Assembly: GCA_947496375.1 (NCBI GenBank)
Contig: CANMCY010000001.1
Coordinates: 70,756-134,755, forward strand
Reading direction: 5' to 3'
DNA: 64,000 nucleotides
DNA from: Flavobacteriales bacterium
GTDB taxonomy: Bacteria; Bacteroidota; Bacteroidia; NS11-12g; UBA955
Of the stretch, positions 41,206 to 51,172 are shown in pieces. A program made the position numbers and the translations under genes. Under the pieces are notes generated by a model, which worked only from the letters and a program-made list of their open reading frames with translations, was not told the origin of the DNA and did no database searches. How positions within the stretch are numbered: position 1 is the stretch's first letter; the number at the start of each line of letters is the position of its first letter.

Positions 41206-41272
41206 GATAATGTAAGATTAAGTTTTTCATTACATGGTGTATTTATTCTTGTGGCACACAAAACTTTAATGT

Positions 41273-44200
41273 ATGAAAAACAAAAAATTACTTTCATTGC
41301 TCCTGGCGATAATAGCTTTGGGCATCAGTTTCACCGAACTTAAGGCGCAATGCTCTGCCAACAACTCCTGGGGTTGTAACAGTTGGTATGGTGGCTGGGT
41401 TCGCAACATCGGAATCAAGGATGCTGCCGGAGGGACACTTGCCAGCTACACAGGTTTAGGATGTCAATCTTCCAATTCCACCATTAATTCAGGCAGTGCA
41501 ATTGATTTGGTTGCAGGCCAGCAGATCACCATTGAGTTGAACACTGAGTGTTGCCATAACTGGAGCACCGGTGTAGGTATCTGGTTGGATCAGGACAGAA
41601 ATGGAGATTTTACTACCTCAGAATGTATTTTAGATCCTCAGTCATCTTTCTATTCCATTTCCAACAATGCTTCATCGCCTTCGCGAGTAACGTTAACCCT
41701 GCCTTGTTTTACCGGTTCAGGTAAAAGTTTTTTGCGTTTCCGTGCCCAGTCCCATTACAATGGCTACAGACTTTACAATTATCAAGGATGCGGTACCGCA
41801 GATTTCTACGGTAGCACCTATGATGTAGAAGTTAACCTAAAGCGCCTGCCCGATCCTGTGGCTGACTTTGGCGTGCCTACCGGACCCAATTACGAAAAGA
41901 CTACCATTAAATTTCCGGCAACTACCCAGGAAAAGGCCAATTCTTATAGCTGGACCTTTCAGGGTCCGAATGAAACCCCTGTGGTTAATAATGCTCCAAC
42001 AGGCAGAGCCAAATGGTCTCCTGCCTCACCACCCTCTACTCATGATGTAACGCTGAATGTGTCTTATTGTGGTAAAACCAGCACCAAAACCAAAAAGGTA
42101 ACTATAGTTAGACCTACAGCAGCTCCGGTTGCTGATTTTATTGCTAAAAGCAACAGTGTAGAAATTTACAATAACGCCGAGCTGATTGATTTGTCTACCA
42201 ATGGTCCTTACATCTGGGCATGGGAAGCTACTTCACCCACAGGAAATAAATATACATCTTCTCAGGAAGAACCTAAGTTTTATCTGGACGAGGAAGGTAA
42301 ATGGTCTTTCTGCCTTACCTCAGAAAATGGTCTGGGTAAATCTACTAAAGTTTGTAAAACACAATATGTTACCTGCACACCTCCTTCAGAATTCTATATG
42401 GGTCCACAGACTGAAGGACGCAGTGTTAAAGGACTTTTATATGACCATAACGGTCCATCCAGCAACTATGGTAATAATCGCAGAACCAGCATCGATTACT
42501 TTTTGATCAATCCCTGCGATGCCAAAGAAATTCGTCTTAAATTCAAAAGCTTGCGTTTTTGTGATTATCAGGACAGACTTCGTATCTATGACGGTGACCA
42601 AGCCGATCCTGCAAAACTGCTGACCGGCCCAGAGGGTATTAACGGTAATACCTGGTGGAATGACCGCACTAAAACCTATGTGGCCAAATCCGGAAAGATG
42701 TATCTATCTTTTGAAAGCGATAACAATGGCTGTACTGACTCAGGCTGGATTGCCACTTGGGAAACCGATCAGTTTAAGCCGGTTCAAACCATCGCATCTT
42801 ATACCACCAATTACGACACCATCGCAGAAGGTGTAAACCTGGCCATGTTGAACAAAACATTGATAACAGGAACACCAAAATGGTCATGGAGAGTAAATGG
42901 TTCTGAAGAATCCATCTCAAAAGATTTTACCCGTGCATTCAACACGGCTGGTGTTCAGCGTGTTTGTCTGGCTGCCACCAACTGCAGCACTACCGATACC
43001 TTCTGCAAGAATATCCGCGTAGTAACTCCGGTGAGCTCAATGAACAAAATTGACTTCATTACCGACAAAACCCGCAGCGTGCCCGGCGAGAATGTAACGT
43101 TAACCGCCGAGACCAACTACGCAAATAATCTTACCTGGACTATCACGCCCAATACCTATACGTTGGTATCAGGCAGTCTTACGGGTAATTCATCTCAACT
43201 ATTGGTTAGGTTCACTGCCGGTGGTTGTTACACAGTAGAACTGAAGGGGTACAACACTGCCTTAGGTTCTGGTACCACCCGCACCGTTACCAAGAAAGAC
43301 ATTATTTGTGCTATTGACTATTGCACCCCTGTGGTAGATTTGACCAATAGTGATGTGGGAATCAACATGGTTCAGCTATCTTCAAAAGGCAACAACCTGA
43401 TAAACAGAATCAGCAACAGCGGTGTGTCATACACCAATTACGCAGCAACAGACAATGCCACCCTATATTATGGCTCTACTTACAAAGTTAAGGTGGGTAG
43501 AAATACCAACCTGAATCCAATCAACTACAAGGTATGGATTGACTACAACTTTGACGGTGATTTCAATGACAGTGGAGAAACTGTGATGAACAGCGGACGC
43601 ATCAATGGTGTGATTGACAGTGCCTCATTCAAAGTCCCCATGCACACAAATGCGTACCTGGGAAATACCCGCATGCGTGTTGGTGCAAGCTATGGCGCTA
43701 TGTCTAACACACCCTGCGGACTGAACGTGGTAGGTGAGTTTGAAGATTATAGCGTGACATTGACACGGGATAATTCTCAGCCGGTAATCACGCTTACAGG
43801 TTTGGATACGATGTACATAGAGAAAACAGTAGGCGCTACTGCTTGCTGGTCTGAAATCAAGAAAACCACCTACATGGGCGATGATGCCGATCAGGGTGAC
43901 TTGACAGACAGCGTTAAAGTGACCGGTACTTACGATTGCAGCACACCCGGTACTTACAAGCTTACTTTCAATTTGACAGACGCTTCCGGCAATAAGGCCA
44001 TGACCAAAAACCGCGTTCTGATTGTAGAAAACGACCGTACTGCCCCGACCATTGCCCTGCGTGGTAACTCAGTAGAAATGGTAGAACAGTGCGGAATCTT
44101 CTATGATTCAACTGCTACAGCTTATGATATCACCGATGGAAATCTGACCGATTCAGTGAAAGTTTCTGGCAGCGTAAATACCAAAAATATCGGTGATTAT

Positions 44201-45553
44201 GTATTGACTTATACCGTAAAAGATAAAGTAGGTTTGAGTGCTACTGTTACCCGTCTGGTGAAAGTGCGCGATACCAAAGCACCCGGTATTTACCTCGGCA
44301 GCACCCGTATCGTTGATAGCCAGATTGTGAATGTGCAGATTGGCAGCTTCTTCAATGATTACGTGTATGCTTCTGATGAATGTAACGGCTTCACTGCAAT
44401 CCAGAAAATGCCCGGTGCCAAAGGATATGTAAATCCTATGGTGAAAGGTACTTACCCGACTCAGTATTTTGCTACGGATGTAAACGGAAACGTATCTACA
44501 GAGAATGGTTATACTGTTCTTTATAAGGTGGATGACTACATTGCACCTGAGATTAGTCTGAATACGGAAGACACCATAATGCATGATGTAAAAACGCCTT
44601 ACAGTTCTGTAGCGGTTACCATCACTGAGAACTATACAGCGCAGAGCAAGTTGATTACCAGCAAGGTATCCAATGTAAATGCCAATGTGGTAGGTGTGTA
44701 TACTGAAGTGTATACAGCTGAAGACGAAAGCGGCAACAAAGCAACCAAAACCCGCGTGGTAAAGGTGGTGGACCGTTTCGCTCCCGAATTGTTGTTGAAT
44801 TCAGATGCTTACATGATTCATGATGTTAACACAAACTATGTTTCACGTAACGTATCGGTGAGTGACAATTACAGCCCTGTAAGCAAGATTACCGTAGTGA
44901 AAACAGGTACTGTAAATGCTACCGTTCTTGGCACTTACACTGAGACATACACTGCTACCGATGAAAACGGCAACAGCACAACCAAAGTTCGCACTGTGGA
45001 AGTGGTTGACCGTGTTTCTCCCCAGATTCTGGCACCTGCAGTGAATGTATGTATCGGTACTCCTTTCTGGGCAATGAGTGGCCTTACCATCACAGATAAC
45101 TATTATTCTGCTTCTGTATTAGCTCCTTTGGTGACGATCCTGGGTCAAAACATCAATATCTGGGAAGCCGGTGTGTACCATGTTGATTACAGCCTGACTG
45201 ACCCGAGCGGAAACAAGGCCGTGCTGGTAACCCGCCCAGTGTATGTGAATTATCCTCCAAATTGCCAGAACACATTCCTGAACACACAAGACATGGATCT
45301 GGACAAAGCGGTGAGCATTTCGCCTAACCCCACCAGCGGTAAGGTAACCCTCAGCTACATGCTTCAGAACAGCAAGCCCGTGAGCGTGGAAGTGTTCAAC
45401 GTGTCAGGCAGCAAAGTTGCTTCGTTCAACAACCTGAAATCAGGTCTCGGTCACACCGAAATCAACCTGGCTCAGTATGGTAACGGAGTTTACATGATCC
45501 GCCTGAGCAACGACGGACAGACCACAACCAAGCGTGTTGTAGTCAGAAACTAA
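41273..45553 (+). CDS. Large T9SS surface protein, copy 2 (6x DUF5011)
   Basis: Same architecture as copy 1 with one extra Ig-like repeat; CTD protein sequence identical to copy 1 from PNPTSG onward. Confidence 0.88.
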   Translation: MKNKKLLSLLLAIIALGISFTELKAQCSANNSWGCNSWYGGWVRNIGIKDAAGGTLASYTGLGCQSSNSTINSGSAIDLVAGQQITIELNTECCHNWSTGVGIWLDQDRNGDFTTSECILDPQSSFYSISNNASSPSRVTLTLPCFTGSGKSFLRFRAQSHYNGYRLYNYQGCGTADFYGSTYDVEVNLKRLPDPVADFGVPTGPNYEKTTIKFPATTQEKANSYSWTFQGPNETPVVNNAPTGRAKWSPASPPSTHDVTLNVSYCGKTSTKTKKVTIVRPTAAPVADFIAKSNSVEIYNNAELIDLSTNGPYIWAWEATSPTGNKYTSSQEEPKFYLDEEGKWSFCLTSENGLGKSTKVCKTQYVTCTPPSEFYMGPQTEGRSVKGLLYDHNGPSSNYGNNRRTSIDYFLINPCDAKEIRLKFKSLRFCDYQDRLRIYDGDQADPAKLLTGPEGINGNTWWNDRTKTYVAKSGKMYLSFESDNNGCTDSGWIATWETDQFKPVQTIASYTTNYDTIAEGVNLAMLNKTLITGTPKWSWRVNGSEESISKDFTRAFNTAGVQRVCLAATNCSTTDTFCKNIRVVTPVSSMNKIDFITDKTRSVPGENVTLTAETNYANNLTWTITPNTYTLVSGSLTGNSSQLLVRFTAGGCYTVELKGYNTALGSGTTRTVTKKDIICAIDYCTPVVDLTNSDVGINMVQLSSKGNNLINRISNSGVSYTNYAATDNATLYYGSTYKVKVGRNTNLNPINYKVWIDYNFDGDFNDSGETVMNSGRINGVIDSASFKVPMHTNAYLGNTRMRVGASYGAMSNTPCGLNVVGEFEDYSVTLTRDNSQPVITLTGLDTMYIEKTVGATACWSEIKKTTYMGDDADQGDLTDSVKVTGTYDCSTPGTYKLTFNLTDASGNKAMTKNRVLIVENDRTAPTIALRGNSVEMVEQCGIFYDSTATAYDITDGNLTDSVKVSGSVNTKNIGDYVLTYTVKDKVGLSATVTRLVKVRDTKAPGIYLGSTRIVDSQIVNVQIGSFFNDYVYASDECNGFTAIQKMPGAKGYVNPMVKGTYPTQYFATDVNGNVSTENGYTVLYKVDDYIAPEISLNTEDTIMHDVKTPYSSVAVTITENYTAQSKLITSKVSNVNANVVGVYTEVYTAEDESGNKATKTRVVKVVDRFAPELLLNSDAYMIHDVNTNYVSRNVSVSDNYSPVSKITVVKTGTVNATVLGTYTETYTATDENGNSTTKVRTVEVVDRVSPQILAPAVNVCIGTPFWAMSGLTITDNYYSASVLAPLVTILGQNINIWEAGVYHVDYSLTDPSGNKAVLVTRPVYVNYPPNCQNTFLNTQDMDLDKAVSISPNPTSGKVTLSYMLQNSKPVSVEVFNVSGSKVASFNNLKSGLGHTEINLAQYGNGVYMIRLSNDGQTTTKRVVVRN

Positions 45554-45608
45554 TTAAGCGTTAGCTTATAAAATAAAAAGCCCGGCCTAGTGCCGGGCTT
45601 TTTATTTT
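45323..45608 (+). repeat. 286-bp direct repeat, copy B
   Basis: Offset 4403 bp from copy A. Confidence 0.95.
45570..45608 (+). terminator. Rho-independent terminator (identical to 41167-41205)
   Basis: Same 17-bp inverted repeat. Confidence 0.9.
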
Positions 45609-45675
45609 ATACACATTTAATGTTACATTTATTTTTTTTATAAATATTGTCATTATTATTGAAAATATTTCAATT

Positions 45676-48600
45676 ATGAAAATAAAAATACTACTTAAGT
45701 TTATTGCTTGGGCGGCATTTATCGGTTTTAATTTACCGGATGCCCATGCTCAGTGTTCTGCCAGCAACTCCTGGGGTTGTGGCGGATGGTACGGGGGTGA
45801 CTTGCAGTCCATTGTGGTGAAAGACGCTGCCGGTGGAACACTGGCCAGCTACACCGGTTTAGGATGTGCCTCATCCAATAGAACTTTAAATACAGGTAAA
45901 CCAATAGATTTGGTTGCAGGCCAGCAAATTACCATTGAAGTTGCAAATAGTGGTGGAAACTGGTCTACCGGCGTAGGTATCTGGCTGGATCAAAATTTTG
46001 ATGGTTCTTTCTCAACCTCAGAGTGTATTTTAAGTCCTACCAGTACTTTTTACACTACCTCCAGTAATCCATCTGCACCTTCCAGGGTAACCATTACCCT
46101 GCCTTGCTGGTCCGGAAGTGGCAAGAGCTGGCTTCGTCTTAGAAGCTTGTCTCACTACACCTATGGCTTAGGCACAGGATCAGGATGTGGTACTGTAACA
46201 GGGTATGGATCTATCAATGATATTGAGGTAAATATGAAGCGTTTACCCAATCCAACTTCAGATTTTAACGTGCCCCGTGGTCCAAACTATGAAAGGACTA
46301 CCATTAAGTTTCCTGCCAGCAGTCAAGATCCTGCTTACACCTATAGCTGGACATTTGCCGGACCTAATGTTACGGTAGTAAATAACGCTTCTTCAATAGG
46401 CCAAGCGAAATGGTCTCCGGTATCACCTCCGAGCACGCATGATGTAACACTGAATGTATCGTATTGTGGTGTATCGGCCACCAAAACCAAACAGATAACG
46501 ATAGAGCAGCCAAAGGCAGCCCCTGTGGCAGATTTCATCGCCAAGAAGAACAGTGTAGAGATCTATAACAATGCAGAACTGGTGGATTTGTCTACCAATG
46601 GGCCTTACAGCTGGGTATGGGAAGCAGTTTCCCCTGCCGGAAATCTGTATACATCAGGGCAGCAGAACCCATTGTTTTTCCTCGATGAGGTGGGTAAATG
46701 GAATTTCTGTCTGACCTCACAAAACGGACTTGGCGTATCTACTAAGGTTTGTAAAAACCAGTATGTGGAATGTACGCCCCCTACAGAATATTACATGGGA
46801 CCGCAGACAGTAGGTGAAAGTTCAATAGGTATGCTGTATGACCATGCAGGTCCGTCACAGAACTATACCAATAACAGACGAAACAGCATTGACTATTTCT
46901 TGATAAAGCCCTGCGATGCGAAAGAGATTAGATTGAAATTTAAGAGTCTGCGTTTTTGCGATAACGGCGATATCTTGAGAATATACGATTCTGAGTTTGC
47001 CGATCCTGCCAAACAGTTAACCCCTTCAACGGGCATCAACGGCAGCAATTGGAATTTCTATAGAACACAGACATTCAAGGCCACCAGCGGCAGGATGTAC
47101 CTGACTTTTGAAAGTAATTCATCATGTGTAGATTCGGGCTTCATTGCGCTATGGGAATCAGACCGTGCTAAACCAATTCCTACACTTAGTTCATTTACCA
47201 ATAAGTACGATACAATTGCAGAGGGAGTAAATTTGACTTTTATTAACAAAACCATTATCACGGGTACGCCCAACTGGTCATGGCGCGTCAATAATACCGA
47301 GGAGTCAACTTCCAAAGAGTTTTCGCGTACGTTTACTGCATCGGGAGCTCAGAAAGTATGTCTGGTTGCCGGCAATTGCAGCAGTTCAGATACATTCTGT
47401 AAAACCATTCGTGTGGTACCGCCTTCATCTTCCATGGCGAAGCTGGATTTTGTTTCAGACAAGGTACGTGTAATTCCCAATGAAACGGTTACCTTAACGG
47501 CGGAGACCAACTTTGCCGATAACCTGGAATGGGTAATCACTCCGAACTCTTATACTTTGGTATCAGGCAATTTGATAGGCAACAGTTCACAGATACAGTT
47601 CAAGCCCACATCGGGTGGATGTTTTACTGTGGAGTTGAAAGGATATAACAGTTTGCTTGGATTTGGTACGGCAAAAACCGTAATCAAAAAAGAGATAGTG
47701 TGTGCAGTTGATTATTGCACGCCTGTGGTAGATCTGACCAATTCAGATGTTGGAATAAACATTGTAGAACTGCTTGAACAGGATACCTTCCGGATCAATA
47801 AGACGAGCGGAAGCGGTGTGTCATACAGCAACTTTATGAGCACGGACAAAGCATCCTTGAACTTTGGCGCGAGCTACAAGGTTAAAGTGGGTCGTTTTAC
47901 CAACATCAACCCGATCAATTACAAGGTATGGATAGATTTTAATATTGATGGAGACTTCGATGATGCGGGAGAAACGGTATTAACCTCGGGTAAAATCAGT
48001 GGATTTACGGACAGTGCTACGTTCCGGGTTCCGCCTTTTGCCCGCGCATTTGAAGGTCTGACCCGCATGCGTGTGGGTGCCAGCTATGGATCGCTGGATA
48101 ACTATCCTTGCGGAGTGAATGTTGTGGGTGAATTTGAGGATTATGGAATTACACTGCTTCGGGATAACTCCAAACCAGAAATTACATTGCTGGGTGGAGA
48201 TACCATCTACGTAGAAAAGATCGGTACAGCAGGTGGCTGCTGGGCTGAAGCTAAGAAAACGACTTACATGGGCGAAGACGGCCATGAGGGCGATTTGACG
48301 GACAGTGTAAAGATTAGCGGAACATTCAATTGCAGTGTGGCCGGAACCTATAAACTGGAGTTCAACCTCACCGATGCATCGGGCAACCAGGCAGATAAAA
48401 AGACGCGCTTACTGATTGTAGAAAATGACCGTACCCGTCCGTCCATCACGCTTCGTGGAAAGGCGCTGGAAAATATTGAGCAGTGCGGAACATTCTATGA
48501 TTCATTGGCCACTGCATTCGATAAGACAGACGGAAACCTAACCGATTCAATCAAAGTGATTGGCAGTGTGAATACCAATGTGATTGGGGATTATGTATTG

Positions 48601-49698
48601 ACCTATACGGTAAAAGATAAAGCCGGATTGACAGCGTCAGTTAAAAGAACAATCAAGGTTCGCGATACCAAAGGTCCCGGTATATTTATCGGAGGCAGCC
48701 GTATACTCGATAGTCAGGTGGTACAGGTGCAGATAGGAACCATCTTCACCGATTATGTATATGCCGAAGACGATTGCAACGGGTATACAGAGATTCGTAA
48801 AATGCCGGGAGCTAAGGGGACTGTGAACGCTACCGCGAAGGGATCGTACCCAACACGCTATTTTGCTACCGATATTAATGGAAATGTATCACCGGAGAAT
48901 GGATACACGCTGATATACAAGGTTGATGACTTTGTAGCCCCTGAGATAGAGCTGAATACACAGGATACAATCTATCATGATGTGAAGACCGATTACGTTT
49001 CACGCAGCGTAACCATCCGCGAGAATTACTCATCACCTCTGTTGGTGAAGACTACCAAGAGCAGCAATGTGAATGAGAATGTTTTGGGTGTGTATCAGGA
49101 GGTGTTCACGGCAGAGGATGAGAGCGGCAATAAGGCCATCAGAACCCGTGTGGTGAAGGTAGTGGACCGCACAGCCCCGGATTTGCTGGGCGGCAACATC
49201 ACAACCTGCGTGGGTGACCCCTTCTGGGCGATGAGCGGCCTTCACGTTATCGATAACTACTACGACTCAGCCGCGCTGATGCCCAGGGTGAAAGTGGTAA
49301 GCCACAACGTGAATATCTGGGTGAAGGGAATCTACTTCATTAATTATTCACTGACAGACCCAAGCGGTAACGCTTCCAAAATGATTAGCCGTGACGTGCA
49401 CGTGTTGCCTCAGGGAGAATGCTCCAGCACTTATTCAGGAGTTAGTAATTTAACCGCTGACGGAATCCGGGTATACCCCAATCCTACTGCTGGTTCGGTA
49501 CAGATAGATGCCGGTAAACTGCAAAGCAGCATAACTGCTGTGGAAGTGTGGGACAACAGTGGTCGCATGCTGCACAGTGTGAAATCTACAGGAAATATAA
49601 CCACCTTGCAGCTGAATGCATACGCAGCGGGTGTATATACCCTGAAAATTAAGACTGCAGACCGCACTTGGGTTAAACCGATCATATTGAATAAATAA
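45676..49698 (+). CDS. Large T9SS surface protein, copy 3 (5x DUF5011, distinct CTD)
   Basis: Colinear with copy 2 over most of its length; CTD VYPNPTAG..WDNSGR..GVYTLKI. Confidence 0.88.
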   Translation: MKIKILLKFIAWAAFIGFNLPDAHAQCSASNSWGCGGWYGGDLQSIVVKDAAGGTLASYTGLGCASSNRTLNTGKPIDLVAGQQITIEVANSGGNWSTGVGIWLDQNFDGSFSTSECILSPTSTFYTTSSNPSAPSRVTITLPCWSGSGKSWLRLRSLSHYTYGLGTGSGCGTVTGYGSINDIEVNMKRLPNPTSDFNVPRGPNYERTTIKFPASSQDPAYTYSWTFAGPNVTVVNNASSIGQAKWSPVSPPSTHDVTLNVSYCGVSATKTKQITIEQPKAAPVADFIAKKNSVEIYNNAELVDLSTNGPYSWVWEAVSPAGNLYTSGQQNPLFFLDEVGKWNFCLTSQNGLGVSTKVCKNQYVECTPPTEYYMGPQTVGESSIGMLYDHAGPSQNYTNNRRNSIDYFLIKPCDAKEIRLKFKSLRFCDNGDILRIYDSEFADPAKQLTPSTGINGSNWNFYRTQTFKATSGRMYLTFESNSSCVDSGFIALWESDRAKPIPTLSSFTNKYDTIAEGVNLTFINKTIITGTPNWSWRVNNTEESTSKEFSRTFTASGAQKVCLVAGNCSSSDTFCKTIRVVPPSSSMAKLDFVSDKVRVIPNETVTLTAETNFADNLEWVITPNSYTLVSGNLIGNSSQIQFKPTSGGCFTVELKGYNSLLGFGTAKTVIKKEIVCAVDYCTPVVDLTNSDVGINIVELLEQDTFRINKTSGSGVSYSNFMSTDKASLNFGASYKVKVGRFTNINPINYKVWIDFNIDGDFDDAGETVLTSGKISGFTDSATFRVPPFARAFEGLTRMRVGASYGSLDNYPCGVNVVGEFEDYGITLLRDNSKPEITLLGGDTIYVEKIGTAGGCWAEAKKTTYMGEDGHEGDLTDSVKISGTFNCSVAGTYKLEFNLTDASGNQADKKTRLLIVENDRTRPSITLRGKALENIEQCGTFYDSLATAFDKTDGNLTDSIKVIGSVNTNVIGDYVLTYTVKDKAGLTASVKRTIKVRDTKGPGIFIGGSRILDSQVVQVQIGTIFTDYVYAEDDCNGYTEIRKMPGAKGTVNATAKGSYPTRYFATDINGNVSPENGYTLIYKVDDFVAPEIELNTQDTIYHDVKTDYVSRSVTIRENYSSPLLVKTTKSSNVNENVLGVYQEVFTAEDESGNKAIRTRVVKVVDRTAPDLLGGNITTCVGDPFWAMSGLHVIDNYYDSAALMPRVKVVSHNVNIWVKGIYFINYSLTDPSGNASKMISRDVHVLPQGECSSTYSGVSNLTADGIRVYPNPTAGSVQIDAGKLQSSITAVEVWDNSGRMLHSVKSTGNITTLQLNAYAAGVYTLKIKTADRTWVKPIILNK

Positions 49699-49715
49699 TT
49701 GATTGCACCATAGGC

Positions 49716-49755
49716 AAAAGAAAAACCCGACAATTTATTGTCGGGTTTTTCTTTT
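49716..49755. terminator. Bidirectional terminator between convergent genes
   Basis: 19-bp perfect inverted repeat AAAAGAAAAACCCGACAAT-TT-ATTGTCGGGTTTTTCTTTT. Confidence 0.88.
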
Positions 49756-49829
49756 AGATGCTAACCCACAGAAAGTTCTTTAAATCCCTAGCTTTCCTAT
49801 GGTTGATTATTTGGCTATAAGCCGCTATG

Positions 49830-51095
49830 TTAACTGCGTATAATAAAATGGGAGGTGCTACCGGTGTTTTGCTCCAGAATGACCTCTTTTTGGCCTATAA
49901 CGGCATTTTTAGAGCCCTCAGTTGCATTGTAAATGGTAATAAGTTCCACCAATGCTGTAATTCGGGTTTCAAGACCCAGTTTTTCCATTTCAGCAATCAG
50001 GTGTTGCATTTTATTCTCATTGCTGTCTGCCACAAAACTGAAACTGATGGCAGAGTTTTGAATAATATTACATCTAACCTTGAAATTGGCTAGCAGTCGA
50101 AAAATATGTTCCAGGTTTTGTTCCACAATAAAGGTAAAATCACGGGTTTTTAATTCAACCAGAACCTGATCGTTTTTGAAAATATAGCATGGAACTGAAA
50201 GCGCTTCGCTGTGGTTGCTCACACGAGTACCTTCATGCAGGGGGTGAATAAATGACTTAACCAGCAGCGGAATGTTTTTAGCCATTAGGGGCTGTATGGT
50301 TTTGGGATGGATAACCGAAGCACCGTAATAGGCCAGTTCAATGGCATCAGAATAGCTTAGGTGTGGAATGAGTATGGCGTTTTCTATTTTTTTAGGGTCT
50401 GCATTCATTACCCCGGCCACGTCCTTCCAAATGGTTACCGATTCAGCATTGAGGCAATAGGCGAATATGGCAGCCGAATAGTCGCTGCCCTCACGCCCAA
50501 GCGTGGTAGTCTCATTAACTGGACCTCTGCCGATAAATCCCTGCGTAATTACCGGATGCCTTTCCGCAAGCGGCTTTAGTTTTTTGGCGATTATTTTTTC
50601 GGTTTCATCCCATTGTATGCGCGCATCCCTGTAACGGTCGTCGGTAAGTATAAAATTACGGCTGTCAATCCACTGGTTTTTTATACCCATGTTCAGCAAA
50701 TAATGGCTCACAATTTTTGTGCTGATAAGTTCACCAAAAGAAACAATCTGATCGTAAACGAAATCATATTCTTCGGGCTGTACCGGTGTTTCCGCTAGGC
50801 ATTCCAGTTCCAGAAAAAGATTTTCGATATCATTGGTCATGGCAGTGGAATTAGAAGTTTCCAGACGGGTAAGAATGGAATAATGATAATCTTTTAATTC
50901 TTTGATCAGCGTAGCTGTTTCGCCGGTGCTATGAACACATGCATTGACGATTTTCTCTAAATGGTTGGTGCTTTTCCCCATAGCGCTAATAACCACGACC
51001 AGGTTCTCTCCGCTGTGGTCAGTGAGTATATTGGCTACGTTTTTAACACCATCGGCATCTTTAACTGATGCACCGCCAAACTTGAATATTTTCAT
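49830..51095 (-). CDS. lysC: Aspartate kinase
   Basis: MKIFKFGGASV, VVISAMGK, TLGREGSDYSA, YYGASVIHP; TAACTTTG element (minus strand) at 51133-51140. Confidence 0.93.
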   Translation of the reverse strand: MKIFKFGGASVKDADGVKNVANILTDHSGENLVVVISAMGKSTNHLEKIVNACVHSTGETATLIKELKDYHYSILTRLETSNSTAMTNDIENLFLELECLAETPVQPEEYDFVYDQIVSFGELISTKIVSHYLLNMGIKNQWIDSRNFILTDDRYRDARIQWDETEKIIAKKLKPLAERHPVITQGFIGRGPVNETTTLGREGSDYSAAIFAYCLNAESVTIWKDVAGVMNADPKKIENAILIPHLSYSDAIELAYYGASVIHPKTIQPLMAKNIPLLVKSFIHPLHEGTRVSNHSEALSVPCYIFKNDQVLVELKTRDFTFIVEQNLEHIFRLLANFKVRCNIIQNSAISFSFVADSNENKMQHLIAEMEKLGLETRITALVELITIYNATEGSKNAVIGQKEVILEQNTGSTSHFIIRS

Positions 51096-51172
51096 TTTAT
51101 TTGGGAAAGACGAACTGCCTGTTGTTTTTTTGCAAAGTTAATTATCAAACTACCCCAAATACGAAATAATTT

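Noticed and set aside
40920..45608. 286-bp repeat as a diversity-generating retroelement TR/VR pair
   Set aside because: Both copies are coding, the three differences are synonymous T/C on the sense strand rather than at adenines, and there is no reverse transcriptase in the window
37080..49755. Invertible (shufflon-like) switching of the surface-protein array
   Set aside because: All copies are in the same orientation, each is a full gene with its own signal peptide, and no recombinase or flanking inverted repeats other than terminators were seen
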